Below are positions 1 to 9,706 of a stretch of 41,454 nt of DNA, in pieces. The notes under the pieces were generated by a model that saw only the letters and a list, made by a program, of their open reading frames with translations, searched no databases and was not told where the DNA came from. The DNA is from Bacteroidota bacterium (GTDB lineage: Bacteria > Bacteroidota > Bacteroidia > Sphingobacteriales > Sphingobacteriaceae): positions 1 through 41,454 of the forward strand of contig VGGW01000001.1 of the NCBI GenBank assembly GCA_016868395.1. Reading direction: 5' to 3'. Within the stretch, counting starts at the first letter, position 1, and each line of letters starts with the position of its first letter. The position numbers were made by a program, and so were the translations under genes.

Positions 1-774
1 CTTAGTTTTGATTTAGAGGAGTTTGATATGCCAAACGAATATGGCAAAGAAATTCCTTTTGATGATCAGATAGCCATTTCAGTGGAAGGGACCTACCATG
101 TTTTAAAAATATTGGCTAAACATGAAATAAAAGCTACCTTTTTTAGTACTGTAGTTTTCGCTCAAAATAATCCGAGTTTGATTGGCAAGATCCTTGAAGC
201 TGGTCACGAGCTGGCATCCCATGGCTTTTATCACTCCAAATTTGAAACTGCACATCTTTTGTCATCTAAAGTGGCCCTGGAGGAGCTTTCAGGGCAAGAA
301 ATTAAGGGCTTTAGAATGGCCAGAATGATGTCTGTAGATGAAAATGAAATTACAAAAGCAGGTTACCTTTATAACAGCTCCATTAACCCAACCTGGTTGC
401 CCGGCCGATACAATAATTTTTCCAAACCAAGGACATTTTATCATTCAGCAGGAACCTGGCAGTTGCCCGCCTCGGTCAGTCCGGTTCTTAGGTTCCCTCT
501 TTTCTGGTTATCCTTTCATAATCTTCCTTTGACAACTTACCAGTGGATCGCAAAGAGGACCTACCTGAGAGATGGTTATCTGAATTTATACTTTCATCCA
601 TGGGAATTCACAGATTTGGGGGATAAGGAACGATTCGGCTTTCCCGCTTATATCAGTCGTAATTCCGGCAATAAAATGATTGAAAGAATGGATTCATTTT
701 TGACATATTTAAAGCGAAACGATTATGAATTCAGTACCATATGGGATTTTAAACTATCAATTCAGAAGAGTTAA
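1..774 (+). CDS. Polysaccharide deacetylase family protein (NodB/CE4), 5'-truncated by the window edge
   Basis: Frame is open from base 1 (LSFDLEEFDMP...), giving the CE4 motif-1-like SFDxE; also ATFF, HELASHG, GFR and YFHPWE motifs. True start lies upstream of the window. Confidence 0.85.
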   Translation, partial: LSFDLEEFDMPNEYGKEIPFDDQIAISVEGTYHVLKILAKHEIKATFFSTVVFAQNNPSLIGKILEAGHELASHGFYHSKFETAHLLSSKVALEELSGQEIKGFRMARMMSVDENEITKAGYLYNSSINPTWLPGRYNNFSKPRTFYHSAGTWQLPASVSPVLRFPLFWLSFHNLPLTTYQWIAKRTYLRDGYLNLYFHPWEFTDLGDKERFGFPAYISRNSGNKMIERMDSFLTYLKRNDYEFSTIWDFKLSIQKS

Positions 775-864
775 GCGCTAAAAATAAAAATGAAGACCAC
801 AAATTTATGGCTCAGGCATGGTTTGCCGTTTAAAAAAATTAACTATCTTTAAAAAAGCCAAATT

Positions 865-1770
865 ATGTTCGTAACCATCCTAGGAATCCTGCTTTTAATA
901 TTAAGCTACCTAATTGCCTCGCAAGACTCTCCCCTTTCGAGATATTGTTTAATTATACGTATTTCAGCCCTGTTAATCGTACTCATTGGACTTACATCTT
1001 CTATGCTCAAAGTGATAGAAGCAGGACAGGTTGGAGTGAAAACGCTTTTCGGAAAAGTTAGTTCGGATGTTCTTTACAGCGGCCTGAATATTGTTAACCC
1101 GCTCAATGAAGTCACAACATTTGATGTAAAAACTCAAAATTATACCATGTCTGGTGTTAATGACGAAGGCAGTCAATCAGGAGATGATGCCATCAGGGTA
1201 CTTTCGGCAGATGGTCTGGAAGTAATCATTGACCTTTCGGTACTTTTTAAGGTAAAGCCCTCAGCCGCACCTGAAATTCTTCGTACCATTGGAACAGACT
1301 ATCTGGATAAAATCGTAAGACCGATTGCACGAACTGCAATCAGGGATAATGCTGTTTCTTACGACGCTGTAGCACTTTACTCCAGTAAACGGGATGAGTT
1401 CCAAAACAAAATTTTTCAAACCATAAACAAAAGTTTCATTACAAGAGGCCTTGAACTTGAACAGCTTCTTGTTCGAAATATCACCTTACCTGCATCCGTA
1501 AAAACCACGATTGAATCTAAGATCAACGCGGAACAAGATGCACAAAAAATGACCTTTGTGCTTCAAAAGGAAAGGCAAGAAGCAGAGCGTAAGCGGGTTG
1601 AGGCCCAAGGTATCGCCGACTATCAGAAGATTTTATCCACCGGCTTAAGTGACAGGCAATTACAATATGAAAGTATAAAAGCTCAAAAAGAAATTGCCCT
1701 TTCACCAAATACCAAGGTTATAATTATGGGTAACGGTAAAAACTCACCAATTATTCTGGGTGGCAATTAA
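865..1770 (+). CDS. SPFH/prohibitin (band 7) family membrane protein
   Basis: Two N-terminal hydrophobic segments, GQVGVKTLFG, VLSADGLEV, coiled-coil tail IESKINAEQDAQK...EAERKRVEAQG. Confidence 0.9.
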   Translation: MFVTILGILLLILSYLIASQDSPLSRYCLIIRISALLIVLIGLTSSMLKVIEAGQVGVKTLFGKVSSDVLYSGLNIVNPLNEVTTFDVKTQNYTMSGVNDEGSQSGDDAIRVLSADGLEVIIDLSVLFKVKPSAAPEILRTIGTDYLDKIVRPIARTAIRDNAVSYDAVALYSSKRDEFQNKIFQTINKSFITRGLELEQLLVRNITLPASVKTTIESKINAEQDAQKMTFVLQKERQEAERKRVEAQGIADYQKILSTGLSDRQLQYESIKAQKEIALSPNTKVIIMGNGKNSPIILGGN

Positions 1771-2189
1771 GTTTAGATAGAAAATTCTTCTTAATATCTT
1801 GTTGTGATCATCGGAGCAAATTTATTTAAATCTGAACCTAAATCTAAGGCTATAATAATTCCTTAAGGATGTTTCTCTCTTTAAAAGGCATTTTAGCGTT
1901 TGTTTACAACTTCCATTTTCCTATTGCTATGCGATATTGAACCATTTATAATTAAAAAAGCCATTGCCGGGTATAGAAAAAAATATTTTTAGCTGGGATT
2001 AGCACAACACAGTTGTGAATTACAATTAAATTGCGGTTTTATCCATTTATAAAATATGGCCAATGATATCTTGTGGTTTAAAATAATCCTCTCCGATTTA
2101 CATTTCACCAAAGTTTAGAATCAGGAAAGCAACTCTCAGAAGCAAATAAATACCCCAATTCTTCAAGCCAATAAAATTCAATCTTACTA

Positions 2190-2220
2190 TTTGCAGTTAA
2201 TAGTAATTCTTCTATCTTTG
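2190..2220 (+). promoter_or_regulatory. Bacteroidota housekeeping promoter of the rplM operon
   Basis: TTTG (2190-2193), 19-nt spacer, TATCTTTG (2213-2220) matches the -33/-7 consensus TTTG-N19-21-TAnnTTTG. Confidence 0.85.
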
Positions 2221-2272
2221 CAGTCCCTAATTTTAGGGCATAAAAATTAATACATTAATTAAATTTAAACAA

Positions 2273-2716
2273 GTGAATACGTTAAGTTACAAAACTGTCT
2301 CTGCCAATAAAGCGACCGTCAACAAAGAATGGGTAGTTGTTGACGCTCAAGGAGAGATTTTGGGGCGCTTGTCTTCTAAGATCGCCATGATCATCAGAGG
2401 GAAAAACAAGCCATCGTACACCCCACACGTAGACTGCGGAGATAATGTCATCGTTATCAATGCAGACAAAGTAAAACTCACAGGAAACAAATTATCTGAT
2501 AAGCAGTATGTTTCCTACACTGGTTATCCTGGTGGGCAGAAATTTATTTCTCCAAAAGAGTTAATGGCGAAGCATCCTACCCGTGTGGTAGAGAAAGCTA
2601 TACGTGGAATGTTACCTAAAAACAGTTTGGGCCGTGCATTGTACAAAAACCTGTTCGTTTATGCAGGTTCAGAGCATCCGCATGCAGCACAAAATCCAAG
2701 AACCATTAAACCGTAA
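2273..2716 (+). CDS. rplM: 50S ribosomal protein L13 (GTG start)
   Basis: WVVVDA..LGRL, RGKNKPSYTPHVDCGD, GMLPKNSLGR, HPHAAQNP. Confidence 0.99.
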   Translation: MNTLSYKTVSANKATVNKEWVVVDAQGEILGRLSSKIAMIIRGKNKPSYTPHVDCGDNVIVINADKVKLTGNKLSDKQYVSYTGYPGGQKFISPKELMAKHPTRVVEKAIRGMLPKNSLGRALYKNLFVYAGSEHPHAAQNPRTIKP

Positions 2717-2725
2717 TTAAGAGAA

Positions 2726-3112
2726 ATGTCAACTACAAATACTTCAGGAAGAAGAAAAACCGCAGTTGCGCGCATTTATCTAACAGATGGAAGCGGCAAC
2801 ATTACCGTAAACGGTAAAGATTACAAAGAATATTTTCCAACACTGCCATTACAATATATCGTTATGCAATCTGCCGAAGTTTCTGAAACAATCGGAAAAT
2901 TTGATGTTGCTGTAAACGTTGCAGGCGGTGGCGTTAAGGGACAGGCAGAAGCCGTTCGTTTAGCAATTGCCAAAGCAATTGTAGAGCTGGATCCGGAGAA
3001 AAAATCTGTATTGAGAGCAAAAGGCATTATGACCCGCGACGACCGTATGGTAGAGCGTAAAAAACCAGGTCGTAAGAAAGCCCGTAAGAAATTTCAATTT
3101 AGTAAACGTTAA
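2726..3112 (+). CDS. rpsI: 30S ribosomal protein S9
   Basis: GRRKTAVAR, GGGVKGQAEA, ERKKPGRKKARKKFQFSKR. Confidence 0.99.
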   Translation: MSTTNTSGRRKTAVARIYLTDGSGNITVNGKDYKEYFPTLPLQYIVMQSAEVSETIGKFDVAVNVAGGGVKGQAEAVRLAIAKAIVELDPEKKSVLRAKGIMTRDDRMVERKKPGRKKARKKFQFSKR

Positions 3113-3116
3113 TCTC

Positions 3117-3122
3117 AGGAGG
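3117..3122 (+). promoter_or_regulatory. Shine-Dalgarno-like AGGAGG 8 nt upstream of the rpsB ATG
   Basis: tcAGGAGGatcagacaATG; canonical SD core at canonical spacing. Confidence 0.6.
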
Positions 3123-3130
3123 ATCAGACA

Positions 3131-3988
3131 ATGGCAAGAACAACATATCAGGATTTATTGGATGCAGGTGTACATTTTGGTCACCTTACCCGTAAATGGG
3201 ATCCGAAAATGGCACCGTATATTTTTATGGAGCGAAACGGCATCCACATTATAGATTTAAATAAAACTTTAACAAAATTAGAAGAAGCCGCGGCTGCAAT
3301 TAAGCAGATTGTAAAATCCGGACGCAAGATCTTATTTGTTTCTACCAAGAAGCAAGCAAAAGATATCGTTGCTGAGCAAGCTCGTTCTGTTAACATGCCT
3401 TATGTAACCGAGCGTTGGTTAGGTGGTATGCTGACTAACTTTGCCACGGTTCGTAAATCAATCAAAAAGATGTCTAACATCGACAAGATGACTAAAGACG
3501 GTACTTTTGATGTATTATCGAAAAAGGAAAAGTTAATGATTCAGCGTGAGCGTGTCAAGTTGGAGGCACTTCTTGGAGGTATCGCCGATTTGAATCGACT
3601 ACCGGCTGCATTATTTATCATTGATGTCAAAAAAGAGCATATTTCTGTTGCTGAAGCGATGAAATTAAACATCCCAACTTTTGCAATGGTTGACACTAAT
3701 TCTGACCCTTCAAATATCGACTTTCCTATCCCAGCTAATGATGACGCAACCAAATCAATAACCTTAATCACAGAGGTAATCATGAAAGCAATTCATGAAG
3801 GATTGGACGAGCGTAAGCGCGAGAAAGAGGAAGAGGCTGACAAAGAAGCAGCAGCTACTAAAGCAAAGGTTGACACTGAAGGTGTAGCTAAGGATGAAGC
3901 AGCAAGTCCGGCGAAGCGCACTCGTAAGTCAAGCAGCGCTGAAGCCGTTGCGGTTGAAGTAGAGCCTGAAGCTAAAAGCGAAGAGTAG
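3131..3988 (+). CDS. rpsB: 30S ribosomal protein S2 with charged C-terminal tail
   Basis: [30 protein letters not shown] motifs. Confidence 0.99.
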   Translation: MARTTYQDLLDAGVHFGHLTRKWDPKMAPYIFMERNGIHIIDLNKTLTKLEEAAAAIKQIVKSGRKILFVSTKKQAKDIVAEQARSVNMPYVTERWLGGMLTNFATVRKSIKKMSNIDKMTKDGTFDVLSKKEKLMIQRERVKLEALLGGIADLNRLPAALFIIDVKKEHISVAEAMKLNIPTFAMVDTNSDPSNIDFPIPANDDATKSITLITEVIMKAIHEGLDERKREKEEEADKEAAATKAKVDTEGVAKDEAASPAKRTRKSSSAEAVAVEVEPEAKSEE

Positions 3989-4018
3989 TCCAGGATTCAG
4001 TCCCTGTTTCATTCAGGG

Positions 4019-4060
4019 AATCCCCGCTTTGGCCTGCCTACCGCAGTCAGGTGGGAATGA
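4019..4060. repeat. Degenerate nested REP-like palindromes in the rpsB-tsf spacer
   Basis: Inner CCTGCCTACCGCAGTCAGG (4033-4051) flanked by AATCCCCGCTTTGG and TGGGAATGA; resembles two short palindromic repeat types from memory; single copy in this window. Confidence 0.5.
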
Positions 4061-4130
4061 TAATAAATTCAGTTTTAAAAAATTACAGGATCACACACGT
4101 TGTGGTTCTGTATTAAATAAAGAAAATAAC

Positions 4131-4970
4131 ATGTCTACAGTACAAATTACTGCCGCAGATGTAAATAAATTACGCCAGCAAACCGGAGCGGGTATGATGG
4201 ATTGCAAGAAAGCTTTGACAGAAGCTAATGGAGATTTTGAAGCCGCAATAGACTATCTACGCAAAAAAGGTGCAAAAGTCGCCGCCAGTCGTCAAGATCG
4301 TGAATCGAATGAAGGAGTTGTTATTGCAAAAACTACTGCCGACGGGAAACGTGGAGTAATTGTTGAATTCAACTGTGAAACTGATTTTGTTGCGAAAAAC
4401 GCTGATTTTGTTGCCTTTGCAAATAGTATTGCTGATTTAGCAATTGCAAAAAATCCTTCTTCACTGGAACAGCTCCTGGATCTTGAACCAAATGGCGAGA
4501 AATTAGCCGATAGTATCATTTCACAAATAGGAAAGATTGGTGAGAAGGTGGGTGTTTCTAAATTTGAGTCAGTTACAGGTGAAAAGGTGATTGCCTACAT
4601 TCATGGAAACTACCGACTTGGAGTATTAGTGGCATTGAGCTCTAACCCTTCAAATGCTGATGAAGTTGGCAAAGATGTAGCCATGCAAATTGCTGCCATG
4701 AACCCCGTTGCAATAGATAAGGGTGATGTGGATTCAAAAATTATTGAGAGGGAATTGGAGATTGCTAAAGACGTAATCCGCGCAGAAGGTAAGCCTGAAG
4801 AAATGGTTGAGAAAATTGCGGCAGGCAAGCTGAATAAATTCTATAAAGATTCTACCTTATTAAATCAGGAATTCGTTAAGGACTCTTCAAAAACCGTGGC
4901 TCAGTTTTTAAATGATGTAGAGAAAGGCCTTACCGTTACTGCATTCAAACGGGTTCAGTTAGGAGCTTAA
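4131..4970 (+). CDS. tsf: Elongation factor Ts (start reassigned to ATG 4131, 279 aa)
   Basis: ITAADVNKLRQQTGAGMMDCKKAL, NCETDFVA, LLNQEFVKD; A-rich context before ATG 4131. The upstream TTG extension is non-homologous. Confidence 0.98.
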   Translation: MSTVQITAADVNKLRQQTGAGMMDCKKALTEANGDFEAAIDYLRKKGAKVAASRQDRESNEGVVIAKTTADGKRGVIVEFNCETDFVAKNADFVAFANSIADLAIAKNPSSLEQLLDLEPNGEKLADSIISQIGKIGEKVGVSKFESVTGEKVIAYIHGNYRLGVLVALSSNPSNADEVGKDVAMQIAAMNPVAIDKGDVDSKIIERELEIAKDVIRAEGKPEEMVEKIAAGKLNKFYKDSTLLNQEFVKDSSKTVAQFLNDVEKGLTVTAFKRVQLGA

Positions 4971-4977
4971 TATTCTG

Positions 4978-5007
4978 ATCCTCTCCAATTTGGAGGGGAT
5001 TTTTTTT
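4978..5007 (+). terminator. Intrinsic terminator after tsf
   Basis: ATCCTCTCCA-att-TGGAGGGGAT stem followed by a T run. Confidence 0.85.
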
Positions 5008-5025
5008 GCTTTTAGTTTTTAGGAT

Positions 5026-6135
5026 ATGAATCAAGCACTTATTAATGCCAGTATTTTTACCGGAGAAGAAAGACTGGAAAATAAAGCACTTTTAATAAGT
5101 AATCAAAAAATCCATTCGATAGTTGATCCTAAACAGGTTCCTTCCGGTTTCAAAATAACAGATCTCAAGAATCTGATTATTGCACCCGCTCTCATTGATC
5201 TTCAAATTTATGGCAGTGGTGGGAAATTATTTGGTGCATTGCCAAGTGAGGATGCTTTGGAACAAATGGAAAATGATCTCCTCGCTCAAGGTACAACCGG
5301 ATTCTTCGCCACGGTTGCAACCAATAGTGATGCCGTAGTAATGAAGGCTATTGATGCAGCTAATACTTATCGAAAAAGAGCAACCGGGAATTTTCTAGGT
5401 CTTCATCTTGAAGGACCCTTTCTAAATGTAAAGCGAAGAGGTGCCCACCCTGAGAAATACATCAAAAAAGGAGTTCTTGCCGAGCTGAAAAGTTGGGTTG
5501 AACGCGCAGAGGGGGAATTAAAAATGATGACCATTGCACCCGAACTTCAAGATCAGGATTTGATTGATTTCCTCCATGCAAACAATATCATTGTTTCTGC
5601 CGGTCATAGTGATGCGACCTACGAGCAAGCTTTATCTTTTTTAAATGATTCGGTACTGGCTGCTACTCATCTGTATAATGCTATGCCGCCAATCCATCAT
5701 CGGACAGCCGGACTCGTACCTGCAATTTTTAAACGAAAACCTTATACCAGTATAGTGGCAGACGGTGTTCATGTAAGTTTTCCAATGATTGAGCTGGCTA
5801 AACGGGAACTGGCTGATCGATTATTTCTCATTACAGACGCAGTTACTCCAACTAATGAGGGTATTTATCAACATCAATTTAAAGGCGACCGCTTTACCAT
5901 GCCAGATGGAACACTTTCCGGATCATGTCTCACGATGCTCCGGGCGGTTCAAAATTGTGTTCAAAAGGTCGGTATACCTCTTGATGAATCCTTGAGGATG
6001 GCTTCCACCTATCCAGCCCAGTTAATAGGAGAGATGAGAAGGGGTGTGTTTAAGGAAGGGAATCGGGCTGATGTCATTGTAATAGACGAGAACTTTAATC
6101 ATCATAGCACCTATTTTTCAGGCAAGCTCAACTAA
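5026..6135 (+). CDS. nagA: N-acetylglucosamine-6-phosphate deacetylase
   Basis: [57 protein letters not shown]. Confidence 0.93.
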   Translation: MNQALINASIFTGEERLENKALLISNQKIHSIVDPKQVPSGFKITDLKNLIIAPALIDLQIYGSGGKLFGALPSEDALEQMENDLLAQGTTGFFATVATNSDAVVMKAIDAANTYRKRATGNFLGLHLEGPFLNVKRRGAHPEKYIKKGVLAELKSWVERAEGELKMMTIAPELQDQDLIDFLHANNIIVSAGHSDATYEQALSFLNDSVLAATHLYNAMPPIHHRTAGLVPAIFKRKPYTSIVADGVHVSFPMIELAKRELADRLFLITDAVTPTNEGIYQHQFKGDRFTMPDGTLSGSCLTMLRAVQNCVQKVGIPLDESLRMASTYPAQLIGEMRRGVFKEGNRADVIVIDENFNHHSTYFSGKLN

Positions 6136-6167
6136 AATATTTTAATAACTTTAAAAAATTTATATCC

Positions 6168-6875
6168 ATGAATTACAAACGTATCCTGTTGAAATTAAGT
6201 GGTGAGGCATTGATGGGTGAAAAACAATACGGTATTGATATTGACCGGGTTGCCCAATATGCCAAGGACATTCACGACGTACACGCAAGGGGGATAGAGA
6301 TTGCACTGGTAATCGGAGGCGGTAATATTTATAGAGGCCTCAGCGCTGAAAAAGCTGGCATGGATCGTGTGCAAGCTGATTATATGGGGATGCTTGCAAC
6401 AGTAATCAATAGCATGGCATTACAAGACGCTTTGGAAAAAACCGGAGTAAAAACACGCTTACTCACTGCGATAAAAATGGAACAAATTTGCGAACCATTT
6501 ATTCGTCGTCGGGCGGTACGTCATCTGGAAAAGGGAAGAATTGTCATTTTTGGTGCAGGTACGGGAAATCCATATTTTACAACGGATACTGCGGCCTCTT
6601 TGAGAGCTGTTGAAATCAATGCAGATGTTGTGATGAAAGGCACACGTGTAGATGGGATTTACACGGCTGATCCCTTAAAAGAGCCGAATGCCACCCGGTT
6701 TGATCAAATAACATTCGATGAAGTTTATAAAAAGAATTTAAACGTAATGGATATGACGGCGTTTACCTTGTGTCAAGAGAATAATCTTCCGATTATCGTT
6801 TTTGATATGAATAAACCGGGAAATTTAATGCGTTTGGTTGACGGTGAACCAATAGGAACATTAGTAAAAGGTTAA
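6168..6875 (+). CDS. pyrH: UMP kinase
   Basis: [37 protein letters not shown]. Confidence 0.99.
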   Translation: MNYKRILLKLSGEALMGEKQYGIDIDRVAQYAKDIHDVHARGIEIALVIGGGNIYRGLSAEKAGMDRVQADYMGMLATVINSMALQDALEKTGVKTRLLTAIKMEQICEPFIRRRAVRHLEKGRIVIFGAGTGNPYFTTDTAASLRAVEINADVVMKGTRVDGIYTADPLKEPNATRFDQITFDEVYKKNLNVMDMTAFTLCQENNLPIIVFDMNKPGNLMRLVDGEPIGTLVKG

Positions 6876-6954
6876 GAAATCAGAAATTGGCTAATGCTTA
6901 ATTTTCTGAAAATAAAAGAATTAGGTTTAATTTTAAAGATCGAACAGGAATATT

Positions 6955-7518
6955 ATGAACGAGCTAATTAAGAAACAACTGGATGATGCGAAGGCTCATA
7001 TGGAAAAAGCCATTGAATTTTGTGATAATGAACTGGTAAAAATTCGTGCCGGTAAAGCGATGCCTTCAATGCTTGACGGAATATTTGTAGACTATTATGG
7101 AACTCCAACTGCTTTAAATCAGATTGGTACGGTAAATACTCCTGATGCGCGTACCTTAGTCGTGCAGCCTTGGGAAAAAACAATGCTTGTCCCAATAGAA
7201 AGAGCAATAATGGAGGCAAATATAGGACTGAATCCTCAGAATGACGGAGCGGTTATTCGTTTAAATGTTCCACCTTTAACAGAAGAAAGGCGTAGAGATT
7301 TAGTTAAAAAAGTAAAGGAAGAGGCTGAAAAGGGACGCATCGCAGTTAGAAATATTCGTAAGGATGCGAATGAAAAAATCAAACGATCTAAATCGGAAGG
7401 GGTATCTGATGATGAGATTAAAACAGGTGAAGGGGATGTTCAAAAATTGACGGACTCATGTATCAATAGAATTGACCGTTTAATGGATGCTAAAGAAAAA
7501 GATATAATGACTGTCTAG
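6955..7518 (+). CDS. frr: Ribosome recycling factor
   Basis: IRAGKA, VDYYG, GLNPQNDG, PPLTEERR, RNIRKDAN. Confidence 0.99.
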   Translation: MNELIKKQLDDAKAHMEKAIEFCDNELVKIRAGKAMPSMLDGIFVDYYGTPTALNQIGTVNTPDARTLVVQPWEKTMLVPIERAIMEANIGLNPQNDGAVIRLNVPPLTEERRRDLVKKVKEEAEKGRIAVRNIRKDANEKIKRSKSEGVSDDEIKTGEGDVQKLTDSCINRIDRLMDAKEKDIMTV

Positions 7519-7541
7519 AAAGTATAAAAATTGTATTATGG

Positions 7542-7574
7542 AAGGGAATCCTGCATGTGCAAGATTCCTTTTTT
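7542..7574 (+). terminator. Intrinsic terminator after frr
   Basis: GGAATC-C-TGC/GCA-A-GATTCC stem followed by a T run; its tail overlaps TAATTTTG (7574-7581), a likely -7 box for the next gene. Confidence 0.7.
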
Positions 7575-7588
7575 AATTTTGACACCAA

Positions 7589-9344
7589 ATGAGATTGTTA
7601 GCAGACTACTTAAAGAATTATAAGGCACTGATTATTTTGGCACTGCTTTTGGCAGGTATTAACCAAATTTTCTCTCTGCTAGATTCATGGATTTTTAGAA
7701 AGATTATTGATACCTATGTAACCCGATATCAGGAATACACCACTGAAGAGTTTTTCAAAGGAGCAGGATTATTAATTATAGCAGCCATGGGGGTGGCAAT
7801 GGTTTCCCGAATTGCTAAAAACTTTCAGGATTATTATGTCAATGTGATTACCCAGCGACTTGGAGCAAAAATTTATTCAGATGGTTTGGCTCATTCCCTC
7901 GAATTGCCATATTCAGTATTTGAAGATCAGCGTAGTGGGGAAACCTTGGGAGTTCTTCAAAAAAGTTAGAACTGATACGGAAAAATTAATTATCGCACTC
8001 ATCAATATCGTGTTTACTTCGCTGGTGGGAGTAACATTTGTTTTTATTTATGCCATTAATATTCACTGGTCTATAGCCTTGGTTTATATCTCAGTGATTC
8101 CAGTATTAGGAGTAATTAGCTCAGTTTTGAGTAAAAAAATAAAAATTGTCCAGAAGACTATTGTCAGTGAAACCACAGCTTTGGCCGGATCTACTACCGA
8201 ATCCCTTCGAAATATTGAGTTAGTAAAAAGTCTTGGCTTATCGGGTCAGGAAATAAAACGATTAAATGCCACTACGGATAAAATCTTAAAGCTTGAACTG
8301 AAGAAAGTAAAGTATGTCCGCAGTCTTAGTTTTATTCAAGGTACTTTGGTAAACTTACTTAGAAACATGATACTCCTGCTGATGCTTTACTTGATATTCG
8401 CGGGCAAAATCAGTGTTGGCGAGTTTTTCTCACTTTTTATTTATTCCTTCTTTATTTTTGGACCATTACAAGAGCTGGGCAATATCATCAATATTTATCG
8501 GGAGACCGAAGTATCTCTGGATAATTTTAAAGGGATACTGAATAGACCTAAGGAAAAAAAACCATTAAAACCTGCTGTTTTAGGTAGAATTGTCAGTCTG
8601 AAATTTAATTCAGTAAGCTTTAAACATCAATCTGCAAATCGTTACGCATTAGAAAATATTTCGTTTGAAACCCAAATGGGAGAGACCATCGCTTTTGTTG
8701 GCCCATCAGGCTCAGGAAAGACAACTCTGGTAAAACTTCTGGTTGGTTTATATCATCCTCAGGCGGGCCAGGTACTTTATAATGATATCCCCGGAACTGA
8801 AATCGATTTGGATGAATTGCGTGAAAAAATTGGATTTGTTACTCAAGATACACAACTTTTCTCAGGGACTATCCGGGAAAATCTGCTGTTTGTTCGTCCT
8901 GATGCCAGTGATGAGGATTGTATGAGGGTACTTCAAAAAGCGGCTTGTCAGAATTTGCTTGCCCGTGCTGATAAGGGTTTGGATACCTTGATAGGTGAAG
9001 GAGGTGTAAAAGTATCCGGTGGCGAAAAACAACGCTTATCCATTGCCAGAGCCTTGTTAAGGAAGCCAAATATCCTAGTCTTTGATGAGGCAACTTCTTC
9101 TTTGGATTCAATCACTGAAGAAGAGATTACAGAGACTATTCGTGATGTTTCAGTAATTCAAGACCATATTACTATACTAATAGCACACCGCCTTTCAACC
9201 ATAATGCATGCGGATAAAATTTTTGTGTTGGAAAAAGGTCATATCATTGAATCAGGAAAACATGATCAGCTCCTTTCCGAGAAAGGCCTATATTACGCAA
9301 TGTGGAGACAGCAGATTGGTGAGAAGCATGCCTTAGAAGGATAA
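7589..9344 (+). pseudogene. ABC exporter (fused TMD+NBD), split by a 1-nt insertion in an A6 run at 7959-7964 (true frameshift or sequencing error)
   Basis: ORF 7589-7969 ends ...GETLGVLQK and the next frame continues VRTDTEKL...; deleting one A gives a 584-aa protein with GPSGSGKT, VSGGEKQR, VFDEATS, IAHRLST. Confidence 0.85.
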
Positions 9345-9493
9345 GTTTTTAATTCAAACATGCTTCGTAAACTTGGTTATTTCTAAACTCCTTGGTTATT
9401 CAAATTTTTTAGATTTCAATGATTGGTTTAGTGCCTTTTATTGTATATTAGATATATAGTCTATCCTTTATAGGCTATAAAGCAGAATAGGAT

Positions 9494-9706
9494 ATGATTA
9501 GCCTGACCAGTCTACTTTTTATCGGAAATATCTTCCGCTTTCTTTTCGGAATTCTGTGGGCCATTCTAATTATTTATACGCTTTTGGATCTATTTAAGAG
9601 TGATAAGCCTACCAATACAAAGTTGTTGTGGCTTATTGTTATCCTGATTGCACCAGTTTTTGGCTCTATTGTTTACATTGTTTTAGGCAAAACTAATAGA
9701 ATTTAA
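9494..9706 (+). CDS. Small membrane protein, PLDc N-terminal-domain-like
   Basis: Hydrophobic 70 aa with LLDLFKS...KLLWLIVILIAPVFGSIVY pattern. Confidence 0.75.
   Translation: MISLTSLLFIGNIFRFLFGILWAILIIYTLLDLFKSDKPTNTKLLWLIVILIAPVFGSIVYIVLGKTNRI

Noticed and set aside
790-852. 20-codon ORF upstream of the SPFH gene
   Set aside because: No regulatory codon run or attenuator hairpin; expected by chance.
4029-4130. 34-aa N-terminal extension of EF-Ts in the ORF track
   Set aside because: Reads through the repeat and hairpin region; EF-Ts similarity begins at ATG 4131.
7958-7966. dnaX-type A AAA AAG programmed -1 frameshift
   Set aside because: The heptamer is not in the reading frame of the upstream ORF (CAA AAA AGT), and the join needs +1, not -1.
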